Position numbers and translations under genes: made by a program. Of a stretch of 64,000 bases of DNA, positions 29,254 to 39,214 are shown one piece after another. The notes below the pieces were generated by a model that was not told the origin of the DNA, did not search any database, and saw only the letters and a list, made by a program, of their open reading frames with translations. Every line of letters starts with the position of its first letter. The stretch's first letter is position 1. The DNA comes from an uncultured Bacillales bacterium (GTDB taxonomy: Bacteria; Bacillota_I; Bacilli_A; RFN20; CAG-826): assembly GCA_946414915.1 (NCBI GenBank), contig CAMKQK010000001.1, positions 20,335-84,334 on the forward strand, read 5' to 3'.

Positions 29254-32200
29254 TTAGGCGATTTGTTTTCTACGTCTGGAAACGAGGAGTAAGCAAACGC
29301 CGGCGACAGCCACTAATGCAACGATTGCACCAACAGCAGCGATTTCACCACCACAACCTTTCTTTAAAGGAGCGATGTCGTAACCGTTTGTTGTCGCGGT
29401 AACGATAAGTTTGAAAGCACCAACTGCTTTTTCGTTTTCGTCATAACCAACGAAGTCTAAGTGATAGACACCTTCGTTTTCGAATTTACCACTGAGAGTA
29501 TTGTTTTCGAATGAGATACCCTTTGGTAATGCGATGCCTTCGCGAGCATTGAACTTAATTGTCTTAGCGCCTTCGATCTTAACTTCGTAGGAGTAATCTT
29601 CACGAGCTAAAACTTCTTTGTATTCTTCGCCGTTTTCAACGACTGGAACCATGACACGGTTTGTAGCGGTACAACGTGATGCCATGTATAAGTGTTCTTT
29701 AACGCATTTTCTCACAGCATACCAGTAGGAGTAAGAAACTGCTTTTGTGCCATCTTTCTTGGTGTAGAGAGGAGCATTTTGTGTGCTATCCCATTTAGCT
29801 TCGGAGTCACCACCGAAACCGCCACCTTGGTCTAATTGAGCGTTACAACCAGCGAGAACACGGTTATTAACGTTTTCATAGCACTTGAAGTTAACGGATT
29901 TGTTACCACTATGGGTCATATCAGATAAGACAGAACCCTTGAAGCCCCATTCACCACGGAGAACTTCTGTTAATAATGGATAGGATGCTGCGGTTTCCAT
30001 TAAACCTATACGGTTGTAGGAACCCATGACACCAATGGACTTACCTTCTTCAAAGACCATTTGGAAGGATTTTAAGTAGATTTCACGTAACGCTTGTTCG
30101 TTCACGAATGAGATACCGGATTCACGGTTCTTTTCTTGATCGTTAACAGCGAAGTGTTTGAAGTAAGCATAGACACCTCTATCTGTAGCAGCACCAACGA
30201 CTTGAGCAGCCATACGGCCCATTAAGAATGGATCGGCTGAATAGTATTCGAAGTTACGGCCACCGAATGGAGAACGGTGTGTATTGACAGCTGGACCCCA
30301 CCAACCGGATTTACCAGTGATGTGAGATTCCATACCAACGCATTCACCTTGCTTATGAGCTAAATCTTGGTTGAATGTTGCAGCAATGATTGGAGAAGAG
30401 ACCCACCACATAATGTTGAATTTTTGTGGACCATCACCTTCGGAGAAACCAGATTTGCCAACGCTACTGATAGCTTGTGAAGACATACCATTTGTTTCAA
30501 TAACTTTTAACATATCGGCCCAAGAAGCTTGGTTGACGACATCTTCCCAAATTGGATCATCTAAATTTACATTAGCAAGATCTTTAATCTTGTAAGCTGT
30601 GTCTTTGGAACCTTGTTTCCAGTTAGCAGCGACGGAAGCATCTTTACGAGCTTCGGCTGGAACGTATTCGTTATTGCCTTCTTCGAAGTCTGCGAGAGAG
30701 AATTCGTATGTTAAGAATTCTTCGAATCTGCTACCTGCTTTAACTTTTCTATCTTCAATGGTTGGGTGAGTTGGGAATGTTTTAGCAAAGTCAGCACGAC
30801 TCATTTGTGTGAATTCGATATCGTTTTCTTCTGGCATTGAGTTATAGAAACCTCTATTTGTGAAGCGGTTTTCAACTTTGTTACCGGAGAAACGGTCTTT
30901 TTCGTATTTGACGTTTTGAGTGATTTGGAATGATAAGGTGTCGTGGTTATCGTGAGCGTTCTTACCGAGTAAGAGTTCATATTTACCAGCATCTAATTCA
31001 TAACCTTTGAATTGGTTTTTGTTTGCGTCTGTGAAGTCGTAGTTAGCGACATCTTGGAGGTAGAATGATAAGTGGACTCTTTCTGTATCACCTGGTTGGA
31101 GTAATTTGGTCTTACCAAATGCACATAAGACGTGGTCTGCTTTTTCAATACCACCTTTTGTATATGGAGCTTTCCAATATAATTGGACAGCTTCTTTACC
31201 AGCGACTTTACCAGTGTTCTTAACTTCAACAGTCACACCGATAACTTCTTGGCTACCATCAATCTTGTCATTTCTCTTGATTGTGGATTTAACAATTCTT
31301 TGTGAGAAGGTTGTATAGCTTAAGCCATAACCGAATGGGTAGAGAACACCTTCTTCACTGTCGTACCATTTCTTGGCTTCTTTCTTATTCTTCTTGGCCA
31401 TGTCAGCATATCTTGTTTCATAGTAACGATAGTCGACATAGATACCTTCTTCATAAGAAACGTAAGCGGCTGGCTTAACACCATTGATACCACCAGAGAC
31501 AACTTTGGCTTCTTCACCACCACGTTTGTTGTCCCATCTTGGGGAACCAGTTAACTTATAGTCTTTATCTGTACCTAAGCTGTGCATTGGTGTGCCATCA
31601 GCATTGAACATTGTGTCTTGTGGAGCGAAGTATGTTTTACCATCAGATAAGGTAACTTCATTTGTTTGGGAGTTATCAGAGAAGTTTTGATATGTTGGAT
31701 CTTTTCTGAAATTACGGCCCCATGTGTCGACTGTACGACCGGATGGGTTGACTTCACCTGTGATGATACGGCCTAAGGCTCTAATACCACGGTCACCTGG
31801 GTTACCAACCCAAATGATGGCTTTAACTTTGTCATTATTTTCGAGTTGTTGACATTCAAAGATGTTACTGGAGTTAATGACAACGATAATGTTTTCTGTG
31901 TGTTTGCCTAATTCGTTCAATAAGGCTTCTTCGTTTTCAGATAATTGTAAAGCGTGTCTGTCTGAAACTTTTTCTGTACTGGAGTTGGTCTTTTTGCTGT
32001 CGTGAGCGTTGCATGTTTTAACGTCACAACCTTCAGAACCTTCACGAGTAATGACTTGAATGGCGGCGTCATTATATTCGTCTAATGTGGCTAATAAATC
32101 TTCGCCATAGGATTCGATTGGTGTTTCACCGATTGTAACTTCGGAGTTACCTTTCCAACCATCGTTACCGTTTGTTCTACCAGAACCGGACTTACTGTTG

Positions 32201-32622
32201 TTTGACCAACGACCACTGCTCCATTTACCATAGAAATCGAGGATTTGTTGGTTTAATTCAAAGCCGACTTCTTTGAGAGCTTCATCGGTGTGGTAGCCTT
32301 TGACATCGCTAGAGACGGAACCGGAACCGGAACCAGCACCACCACAAGCAAGGTTGTTAGAACTCTTGCCGGCTAATGTGATTTTCTTGCCTTCGGCGCT
32401 CATTGGTAAGAAGTTGTTTTTGTTCTTTAATAAAACGAAACCTTCTTCCGCTAATTCGTCTTGGACTTTTTGAGCGTGAGTGATATAGGCTTTTCTATCT
32501 GAACTTTGGCCTTTACCATATTCACCAATAAAATCAGCATAGTTAGCGGAAACACCCTTGTTTAAGCACGCTGGCAAAGCAAGTGCGGCAAGAAAAACGG
32601 GAATTAATACTTTTTTCTTCAT
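29254..32622 (-). CDS. glycoside hydrolase family 3, permuted domain order, signal peptide and C-terminal KxGCGG-TM-basic anchor
   Basis: 1122 aa. KHFAVNDQE and GFKGSVLSDMTHSG in the C-terminal half; Fn3-like VQLYWKAPYTKGG. C-terminus ...KKGCGGEIAAVGAIVALVAVAGVCLLLVSRRRKQIA. Confidence 0.82.
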   Translation of the reverse strand: MKKKVLIPVFLAALALPACLNKGVSANYADFIGEYGKGQSSDRKAYITHAQKVQDELAEEGFVLLKNKNNFLPMSAEGKKITLAGKSSNNLACGGAGSGSGSVSSDVKGYHTDEALKEVGFELNQQILDFYGKWSSGRWSNNSKSGSGRTNGNDGWKGNSEVTIGETPIESYGEDLLATLDEYNDAAIQVITREGSEGCDVKTCNAHDSKKTNSSTEKVSDRHALQLSENEEALLNELGKHTENIIVVINSSNIFECQQLENNDKVKAIIWVGNPGDRGIRALGRIITGEVNPSGRTVDTWGRNFRKDPTYQNFSDNSQTNEVTLSDGKTYFAPQDTMFNADGTPMHSLGTDKDYKLTGSPRWDNKRGGEEAKVVSGGINGVKPAAYVSYEEGIYVDYRYYETRYADMAKKNKKEAKKWYDSEEGVLYPFGYGLSYTTFSQRIVKSTIKRNDKIDGSQEVIGVTVEVKNTGKVAGKEAVQLYWKAPYTKGGIEKADHVLCAFGKTKLLQPGDTERVHLSFYLQDVANYDFTDANKNQFKGYELDAGKYELLLGKNAHDNHDTLSFQITQNVKYEKDRFSGNKVENRFTNRGFYNSMPEENDIEFTQMSRADFAKTFPTHPTIEDRKVKAGSRFEEFLTYEFSLADFEEGNNEYVPAEARKDASVAANWKQGSKDTAYKIKDLANVNLDDPIWEDVVNQASWADMLKVIETNGMSSQAISSVGKSGFSEGDGPQKFNIMWWVSSPIIAATFNQDLAHKQGECVGMESHITGKSGWWGPAVNTHRSPFGGRNFEYYSADPFLMGRMAAQVVGAATDRGVYAYFKHFAVNDQEKNRESGISFVNEQALREIYLKSFQMVFEEGKSIGVMGSYNRIGLMETAASYPLLTEVLRGEWGFKGSVLSDMTHSGNKSVNFKCYENVNNRVLAGCNAQLDQGGGFGGDSEAKWDSTQNAPLYTKKDGTKAVSYSYWYAVRKCVKEHLYMASRCTATNRVMVPVVENGEEYKEVLAREDYSYEVKIEGAKTIKFNAREGIALPKGISFENNTLSGKFENEGVYHLDFVGYDENEKAVGAFKLIVTATTNGYDIAPLKKGCGGEIAAVGAIVALVAVAGVCLLLVSRRRKQIA

Positions 32623-32855
32623 GTGTTTTTCCTTTCAAAGTAAATTTGCATTATTAATTTTGCCTCAACTGGAGTGCAAAACCGGATTAAATTACATCAT
32701 TATCTCATAGAATCCATAATGCATTAGTATATTCAATATAAATTGAAAGCGCCGTTCATAATATGACAAATATTTTTAAAGCACTAGACAATAATACGAT
32801 TGCGTGCATACAAGGTAACAAATTTTATTTAGATATAGTCTCATTTTTTTGACAA

Positions 32856-32886
32856 GCAAAAAGACCCTCAAGCTGAGGGCCTCTTT
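32856..32886 (-). terminator. intrinsic terminator after GH3 gene 3
   Basis: Minus-strand hairpin (CCCUCA-gcu-UGAGGG core) followed by UCUUUUUGC. Confidence 0.4.
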
Positions 32887-32898
32887 GAATTTCAATGA

Positions 32899-35800
32899 TT
32901 AAGCGTTAGCTCTCTTTTTCTTTTCGATTAAGAGGACTATTACTGTACCAATGGCTAATAAGCCAATTGCACTTAATGTTGCTTCGATTGCACCACCACA
33001 ACCACGTTTAGCAGTCACTGTGACACTTTCGATCGCTGGAGCGAAGATTTGAATGCTTGAGCCAAACTTTTCAGTGCCATTATCAGCCAAGACGTGAATG
33101 AACACGTTGCAAGCTTCATCAATCTTACCTTTGATTGTATTATCTTCGAAGACTAAGCCCTTTGGTAATGGAGTAACTGGGTCAATAGATAATGTTGCAC
33201 CTTGTAAATCTTCAGGAGCATTAACTTTGATATTAATTTCTTGGCCAACAGCGGCTTCTAAGTATTTGTGTTCAACACCTTCGAATTCTAAGTGAGCGTC
33301 TTTAACCATGACTTTTGACATAACGCCACAGTTAGCGCATGTCCACATGGTTTCAAGAGCATTCATTCTGAGCATATACCAGAATGTGTAGCTTTCAACT
33401 TTTTGACCAGCTTTATTTGTGTAAACTGGAGCGCCTTTACCATCAAAAGCGGTAGCGTCCCATTTACATTGAATATCGTCTTTAAAACCATTGCTATCTA
33501 ATTGTTGGTTACAACCAGAAAGGACACGGTTGTTAACGTTTTCATAGCAGTAGTTGTTAACAGATTTGTTACCACTATGGGTCATATCGGAAATGATGTG
33601 ACCTTTGAAGCCCCATTCATCACGGAGAACTTCTGTTAATAATGGATAAGAAGCAGCGGTTTCCATATTACCTAAACGGTTATAGGAAGACATAAGAGCC
33701 ATTGATTTACCTTCTTGAACTGCCATTTGGAATGGCTTGAGATAAATTTCACGTAGGGCTTGTTCTGTCAAGAAGACTGATGTACCTTCACGGTTCTTTT
33801 CTTGATCGTTAACAGCAAAGTGTTTGAAGTAGCAATATAAGCCATTGTCTGTCGCACCAGCAACGACTTTCGCTGCGATACGGCCCATTAAGAATGGATC
33901 GGCTGAATAGTATTCGAAGTTACGGCCACCGAATGGAGAACGGTGTAAGTTGACAGCTGGACCAGCCCAACCATATGTACCGGAGATATGTGCTTCCATA
34001 CCAACGTGTTCGCCTTGTTCACGGGCTAAATCGACGTTATATGTCGCAGCAACGATTGGCGCGCCTGCCCACCAAATATATTGGAATTGGGAAGGACCAT
34101 CACTATCACCTGTTTGTGGTTTGTCCATTCTGCTAATTGCAGGGTTATGGGCACTGCCACCATATGAGAAGCTAATTAATTCAGCAAATGTCATTTGGTC
34201 CATTGCTTGTTTCCAAAGTGGATCATTCATATCAAGACCAACTAAATCTTTAAATTGAACGCTATCAGCTTTGGATGGCGCTGTAGCGCTTTGTGTCCAA
34301 CCTAAAGCTTCGATATCTGCTTTGGTCTTTAAAGCGTTAAGTGGAATGTATTCACCTTTGGTATCATCTGTATCATCCAACTTGAATTCGTGAGTTAAGA
34401 ATTCTTCATAACGGCTACCCGCTTTAACTGTTCTTTCTTCAATTGTTGGATGTGTTGGCTTTTTGGAAAGGTCAGCACGTGAGAATTGTTCGAAACCGAT
34501 GTCTTTTTCACCTGGTAAGCAATCATAGAAGCCTCTATCAGTGAAACGGTTTTCAACTTTATTGCCAGTGTAGCGGTCTTTTTCAAATTTGATACCGTCT
34601 TTAGCAACGGAGAATTTAATAGAACCTAATTCTTCATGAGCACTCTTATTGAGGGTGACGTAGTATGTACCACCTTCTAATTCATAGCCCTTGAATCCAT
34701 TATTGTTCTTATCTGCAAAGTCGTAGTTAGCGACATCTTGAGTATTGAATGTTAATTTTAATGTTTGTTTTTCGCCTGGTTCTAATAATTCAGTTTTAGC
34801 GAATGCACATAAAACATTATTAGCTTTTTCAATACCACCTTTGGTATATGGAGCTTTCCAGTATAATTGGACAACTTCTTTACCAGCAACTTTACCAGTA
34901 TTTTTAACTTCAACGTTAACTTGGATTTCACTATTACCTGTCTTTAAGGTTGCGCCTTTAACGTTAGAGGAAACAATCTTTTGAGAGAATGAGGTATAGC
35001 TTAAGCCATAACCGAATGGATAAATAACGCCTTCTTGACCGTTATACCATTCATTAGCGGCTTTCTTGTTCTTTTTAGCCATGTCAGCATATCTTGTTTC
35101 ATAGTAACGATAGTCGACATAAATGCCTTCTTCATAAGAAACATATGAAGCTGGTTTAACACCATTAAGACCGCCTTGGACGACTTTGAATTCTTGACCA
35201 CCACGTTTGTTGTCCCATCTTGGAGCATCGTGGGTTTGATAATCCTTATCTGTACCATAACTGAGCATTGGTTTACCATCTTCCGCAAGCATTGTGTCTT
35301 GTGGAGCATAGAGTTTTTTACCACTAGAGTCAGTTACTAAGTTAGTTTGTGAGTTATCAGAGAAGTTTTGGAATGTTGGGTCAAGTGTGAAATCACGAGC
35401 CCAAGTATCAACTGTACGACCGGATGGGTTGACTTGACCAGTTAAGATTTTACCAACTGATTTAGCACCAACGGCACCTGGGTTACCAATCCAAAGGATC
35501 GCTTTAACTTTGTCATCGTTTTCGAACTTATCGCATTGGAAGATGTTACCAGAGTTGATAATGATAATGATGTTATCAGTGTGGTTATGTAATTCATTAA
35601 ATAATGCTTCTTCGTTTTCAGATAATTGAAGAGCGTGTCTTTCAGAAACTTGTTCCGCACTGGAATTTGTTTTTTTGCTATCGTGAGCGTTGCATGTTTT
35701 AACGTCACAACCTTCACTACCTTCACGGGAGATGACTTGAATAGCCGCGTCTTTATATTCGTCTAAAGTCGCTAATAATTCAGGTGTGTAAGATGAAATT

Positions 35801-36354
35801 GGAGTTTCACCGATAGTAACTTCGGAGTTACCTTTCCAACCATCGTTACCATTTGTTCTACCAGCACCGGACTTGCTGTCATTGGAGTAAGATAAACCAC
35901 CCCAGCCACCGCTTGACCATTTACCATAGAATTTTTGGATTTCGGTGTTGACTTCAAAGCCCGCTTCTTCAAGAGAGCCTTTAATTGAGGTGTTGCCACC
36001 AGAGTCACGGGTAAGTTGCCAGTTTTCTTCACCGTTCACGCTACCAGAACCGGAACCACCACCACCACGAACGAGGTTGCCTGAGCTCTTACCAACTAAG
36101 GAAATCTTTTTGCCCTCAGCGGACATTGGTAAGAAATTGTCTTTGTTTTTGAGAAGGACAAAGCCTTCGTCACAGATTTGTTCGTTCACCTTAGAGCCGG
36201 ATTTAATGTAGTTGTTCTTTTCAGTGCTTTTAGAATAATCGCCGATGAATTCTGCATTAACGCCTTTAATGCCATTGCCCAAAGCCAAAGGCAATGTCAT
36301 GCCCATAAGAAGAACAGAAAATAAAATCTTTCTTTTCATAATTTTCCCTTTCAA
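32899..36354 (-). CDS. glycoside hydrolase family 3, permuted domain order, signal peptide and C-terminal KxGCGG-TM-basic anchor (paralog of 29254-32622)
   Basis: 1151 aa. KHFAVNDQE, GFKGHIISDMTHSG, VQLYWKAPYTKGG. C-terminus ...AKRGCGGAIEATLSAIGLLAIGTVIVLLIEKKKRANA. Confidence 0.82.
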   Translation of the reverse strand: MKGKIMKRKILFSVLLMGMTLPLALGNGIKGVNAEFIGDYSKSTEKNNYIKSGSKVNEQICDEGFVLLKNKDNFLPMSAEGKKISLVGKSSGNLVRGGGGSGSGSVNGEENWQLTRDSGGNTSIKGSLEEAGFEVNTEIQKFYGKWSSGGWGGLSYSNDSKSGAGRTNGNDGWKGNSEVTIGETPISSYTPELLATLDEYKDAAIQVISREGSEGCDVKTCNAHDSKKTNSSAEQVSERHALQLSENEEALFNELHNHTDNIIIIINSGNIFQCDKFENDDKVKAILWIGNPGAVGAKSVGKILTGQVNPSGRTVDTWARDFTLDPTFQNFSDNSQTNLVTDSSGKKLYAPQDTMLAEDGKPMLSYGTDKDYQTHDAPRWDNKRGGQEFKVVQGGLNGVKPASYVSYEEGIYVDYRYYETRYADMAKKNKKAANEWYNGQEGVIYPFGYGLSYTSFSQKIVSSNVKGATLKTGNSEIQVNVEVKNTGKVAGKEVVQLYWKAPYTKGGIEKANNVLCAFAKTELLEPGEKQTLKLTFNTQDVANYDFADKNNNGFKGYELEGGTYYVTLNKSAHEELGSIKFSVAKDGIKFEKDRYTGNKVENRFTDRGFYDCLPGEKDIGFEQFSRADLSKKPTHPTIEERTVKAGSRYEEFLTHEFKLDDTDDTKGEYIPLNALKTKADIEALGWTQSATAPSKADSVQFKDLVGLDMNDPLWKQAMDQMTFAELISFSYGGSAHNPAISRMDKPQTGDSDGPSQFQYIWWAGAPIVAATYNVDLAREQGEHVGMEAHISGTYGWAGPAVNLHRSPFGGRNFEYYSADPFLMGRIAAKVVAGATDNGLYCYFKHFAVNDQEKNREGTSVFLTEQALREIYLKPFQMAVQEGKSMALMSSYNRLGNMETAASYPLLTEVLRDEWGFKGHIISDMTHSGNKSVNNYCYENVNNRVLSGCNQQLDSNGFKDDIQCKWDATAFDGKGAPVYTNKAGQKVESYTFWYMLRMNALETMWTCANCGVMSKVMVKDAHLEFEGVEHKYLEAAVGQEINIKVNAPEDLQGATLSIDPVTPLPKGLVFEDNTIKGKIDEACNVFIHVLADNGTEKFGSSIQIFAPAIESVTVTAKRGCGGAIEATLSAIGLLAIGTVIVLLIEKKKRANA

Positions 36355-36524
36355 AATTATTTTTTCTTATGTCGTTTGTTTCCTTAAGAACACAAACTAA
36401 GTTCTTATTTATTATCGGTCATTTTAATAAAAATGAATACGATTTTTTTGTTATCATCGGAAAATTATTCAACAAAAAAGAAAAAAGAGCCGAAGCCCTT
36501 TTATTCATTTTTATTAGATTATAT

Positions 36525-38030
36525 CTATTTAAAATATAGTTTGTGCGCGTAACCAACTGGCTCTTCAGTAACATTAATTCCGAGAGCGGTTAAAGTTCTT
36601 AAATCCGCGTCAGAAAGGATACATGAACAGTGTGCTTCTGAACCCTTTAACTTTGGAATTTGTTTAAGCGCTAATTCGGCTAATGGGTTACTACTTGCTT
36701 GAATAGCCAAGGCAATTAAGATTTCCTCACTACGGATACGTGGATTTTCTTTCTTTAATGGACCAGTCTTTAAATCGGCCATTGGGGTCACCACGTGTGG
36801 CGAAATAAGGTGAATACTATCATCAATTTTACCTAAGACTTTTAATGTATTTAAGAGCATTGCCGCTGGAGCGCCTAATAATCTAGAACGCTTACCAGTG
36901 ATGATCTTACCGTTAGGAAGTTCAATGGCCACGACTCTTTCTTTACATTTATTAGCTTTATCTAAGCACGCTTTCACTGTTGGTCTATCGTCAGTAGTAA
37001 TACCTAAAGCGGTCATTAGTGATTCTTCTTTGGTAATTGTTTCATCAGCGAATTTACCTAAGTAGACATTCTTCTTAGCTTGGTAGTATCTTCTAATGAC
37101 TTCTTGTTTACTTGCTTCACAAGCCGCGGCATCGTTAATAATCGCAAAGCCCACCATATTAACACCCATATCAGTTGGAGATTGATATGGAGAAGAACCA
37201 TAAATCTTTTCAAAGATGGTCTTTAATAATGGGAATGTTTCAATATCACGGTTGTAGTTAGTTGTGGTAATGCCATACGCCGCTAAATGGTATGGGTCAA
37301 TCATATTGACGTCCGCTAAATCAACAGTGGCCGCTTCATACGCTAAATTGACTGGATGCGATAATGGAAGATTCCACACTGGGAATGTTTCATATTTCGC
37401 ATAACCGGATTTAATACCACGGTTCATGTCATGGTATAGCTGACTTAAACAGACTGCCATTTTACCTGAACCAGGACCTGGTGCGGTCACAACGATTAAT
37501 GGTTTTGTGGTTTCCACATAGTCATTCTTTTCAAAGCCATCACTACCGAAAACAGAGACGAGGTTATGTGGATAACCCGCGATTGTGTAGTGTTTATAAA
37601 CTTTGATACCGTTTTTTCTAAGTTTAGTGGCAAATGTTTTTAAGACTGGACTTTCTTCATAGAAACAGAAGACCACACTAGAAACATATAAGCCCGCTTC
37701 TTGATAGGCATCGATTAATCTTTCGACTTCGGATTGATAAGTGATACCTAAGTCATTTCTAACTTTGTTAGATTTGATATCGTTCGCGTTGACCGCCATG
37801 ACGATTTCCGCGTCATCTTTTAATGTTAATAACATTTGAAGTTTTGAATCTGGTTCAAAACCTGGTAAGACTCTACTCGCGTGGAAGTCATCAAATAACT
37901 TACCACCGAATTCGAGATAAAGTTTACCACCGAAAGATTTAATGCGTTTTAAAATCTCCTGACGTTGGATTTTCAGATATTTCTTATTATCAAAGGCTAT
38001 TTTCTTCTTATTCGTCGGCATAGTTATCAA
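36525..38030 (-). CDS. UPF0371 / DUF1846 family protein
   Basis: 501 aa. N-terminus IAFDNKKYLKIQRQEILKRIKSFGGKLYLEFGGKLFDDFHASRVLPGFEPD is characteristic of the UPF0371 family. Overlaps the upstream CofE-like gene by 23 nt (translational coupling). Confidence 0.7.
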   Translation of the reverse strand: MITMPTNKKKIAFDNKKYLKIQRQEILKRIKSFGGKLYLEFGGKLFDDFHASRVLPGFEPDSKLQMLLTLKDDAEIVMAVNANDIKSNKVRNDLGITYQSEVERLIDAYQEAGLYVSSVVFCFYEESPVLKTFATKLRKNGIKVYKHYTIAGYPHNLVSVFGSDGFEKNDYVETTKPLIVVTAPGPGSGKMAVCLSQLYHDMNRGIKSGYAKYETFPVWNLPLSHPVNLAYEAATVDLADVNMIDPYHLAAYGITTTNYNRDIETFPLLKTIFEKIYGSSPYQSPTDMGVNMVGFAIINDAAACEASKQEVIRRYYQAKKNVYLGKFADETITKEESLMTALGITTDDRPTVKACLDKANKCKERVVAIELPNGKIITGKRSRLLGAPAAMLLNTLKVLGKIDDSIHLISPHVVTPMADLKTGPLKKENPRIRSEEILIALAIQASSNPLAELALKQIPKLKGSEAHCSCILSDADLRTLTALGINVTEEPVGYAHKLYFK

Positions 38031-39198
38031 AGTATCCTTGAATTAAGACAACAGGTGTACCTTTATCACCAGAACCACTTGTTAAGTCGCATAAAGAACC
38101 TAATAAGTCAGTGATTTGTCTTGGGGTTGTGCCTTCAGAGGCCATCTTGCCAACGAGGTCTTTTTCTTTAGCCTTAATATCTTCTTTAATCGCATCAGCG
38201 AGAGCTTTACCGGTTAAACCTTTATATGCATTATCCGCTAAATATTTGAGTTTTAATTCGTTTGGTGTACCTTTTAAGCCCACTGTGTGGAATGGAGAAA
38301 CAACTGGGTCTGCTAATTCCCAAATCTTACCTTGTGGATCTTTAAAAGCACCATCGCCATACACCATGACTTCGATGTGTTTACCAGTTTTTTCTAATAA
38401 ATCAGCTTGCACACCTTCAACGAGAGATTGACCATCTCTTGGGAATAATTTCACGGTTTCTTCAGTGGCTTTATTAGTGCCTAATAAGCCATACTTTTCG
38501 TTATAACCAGAACCATTAACTGGTGCGGTTAAAATATCATCAAGGGCTAAAACGAGTTCAGCGCCTTTATCTTTTAATAAACGTTTTGTGGCAAATCTTG
38601 TGTGAATATCACATGTTAAGACTTTCTTAGTGTAATTTAAGATTGCTTCAGCGCGGTTAGCGAAGATAATCACCGCTTCCGCTCCTTGCTCTTCAATTAA
38701 CTTTTTATAGTAATCAACATAGTCAACACCAGTGAATTCATGGACTCTATAGCCAAATAATTCACGATATTTTTCTAATGTCAAAACATCGCTATATGGA
38801 TTAATACCGGCTTCATAAACTTGATCAGCGGTAATTAAAGCGTTACCAACTTCATCACTTGGGTAAGAAAGCATTAAGTAAACTTTCTTCACACCTCTAG
38901 CGATACCTTTGAAGAGAATAGCGAATCTATTTCTACTTAAAATAGGAAAAATGACCGCTACTTCATCGCCACCGGTTTTCTTTCTCACATCGTCAGCGAT
39001 ATTATCGACAGTGGCGTAATTGCCCTGACAACGCGCGACGATGGACTCGGTGATTGCGACAACATCGCGATCATGGAATTTGAATCCTTCATTTTCTGAG
39101 GCTTTTAAAACTGAGTCGACAACGATTTGTCTTAAGTTATCACCAGTTTTTAATACAGGGAGTCTCACCCCTCTAGATGTCACACCAACACATCTCAT
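38008..39198 (-). CDS. CofE-like protein (F420-0:gamma-glutamyl ligase family homolog) with insertions
   Basis: 396 aa. N-terminal GVRLPVLKTGDNLRQIVVDS...DRDVVAITESIVARCQG and later PVNGSGYNEKYGLLGTN...VMVYGDGAFKDP follow the CofE fold pattern. No other F420 biosynthesis genes seen. Confidence 0.6.
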   Translation of the reverse strand: MRCVGVTSRGVRLPVLKTGDNLRQIVVDSVLKASENEGFKFHDRDVVAITESIVARCQGNYATVDNIADDVRKKTGGDEVAVIFPILSRNRFAILFKGIARGVKKVYLMLSYPSDEVGNALITADQVYEAGINPYSDVLTLEKYRELFGYRVHEFTGVDYVDYYKKLIEEQGAEAVIIFANRAEAILNYTKKVLTCDIHTRFATKRLLKDKGAELVLALDDILTAPVNGSGYNEKYGLLGTNKATEETVKLFPRDGQSLVEGVQADLLEKTGKHIEVMVYGDGAFKDPQGKIWELADPVVSPFHTVGLKGTPNELKLKYLADNAYKGLTGKALADAIKEDIKAKEKDLVGKMASEGTTPRQITDLLGSLCDLTSGSGDKGTPVVLIQGYFDNYADE

Positions 39199-39214
39199 AA
39201 TTTAGTTTCTCCTT

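Noticed and set aside
33950-36211. Several 65-107-aa ORFs on both strands inside GH3 gene 3 (and analogous ones in GH3 genes 1 and 2)
   Set aside because: Embedded in or antisense to a continuous 1151-aa GH3 reading frame; no independent signals.
38008-39198. Annotating the CofE-like gene as genuine F420 biosynthesis cofE
   Set aside because: No other F420 pathway genes are in the window, the protein is enlarged, and it is coupled to UPF0371; called only a family homolog.
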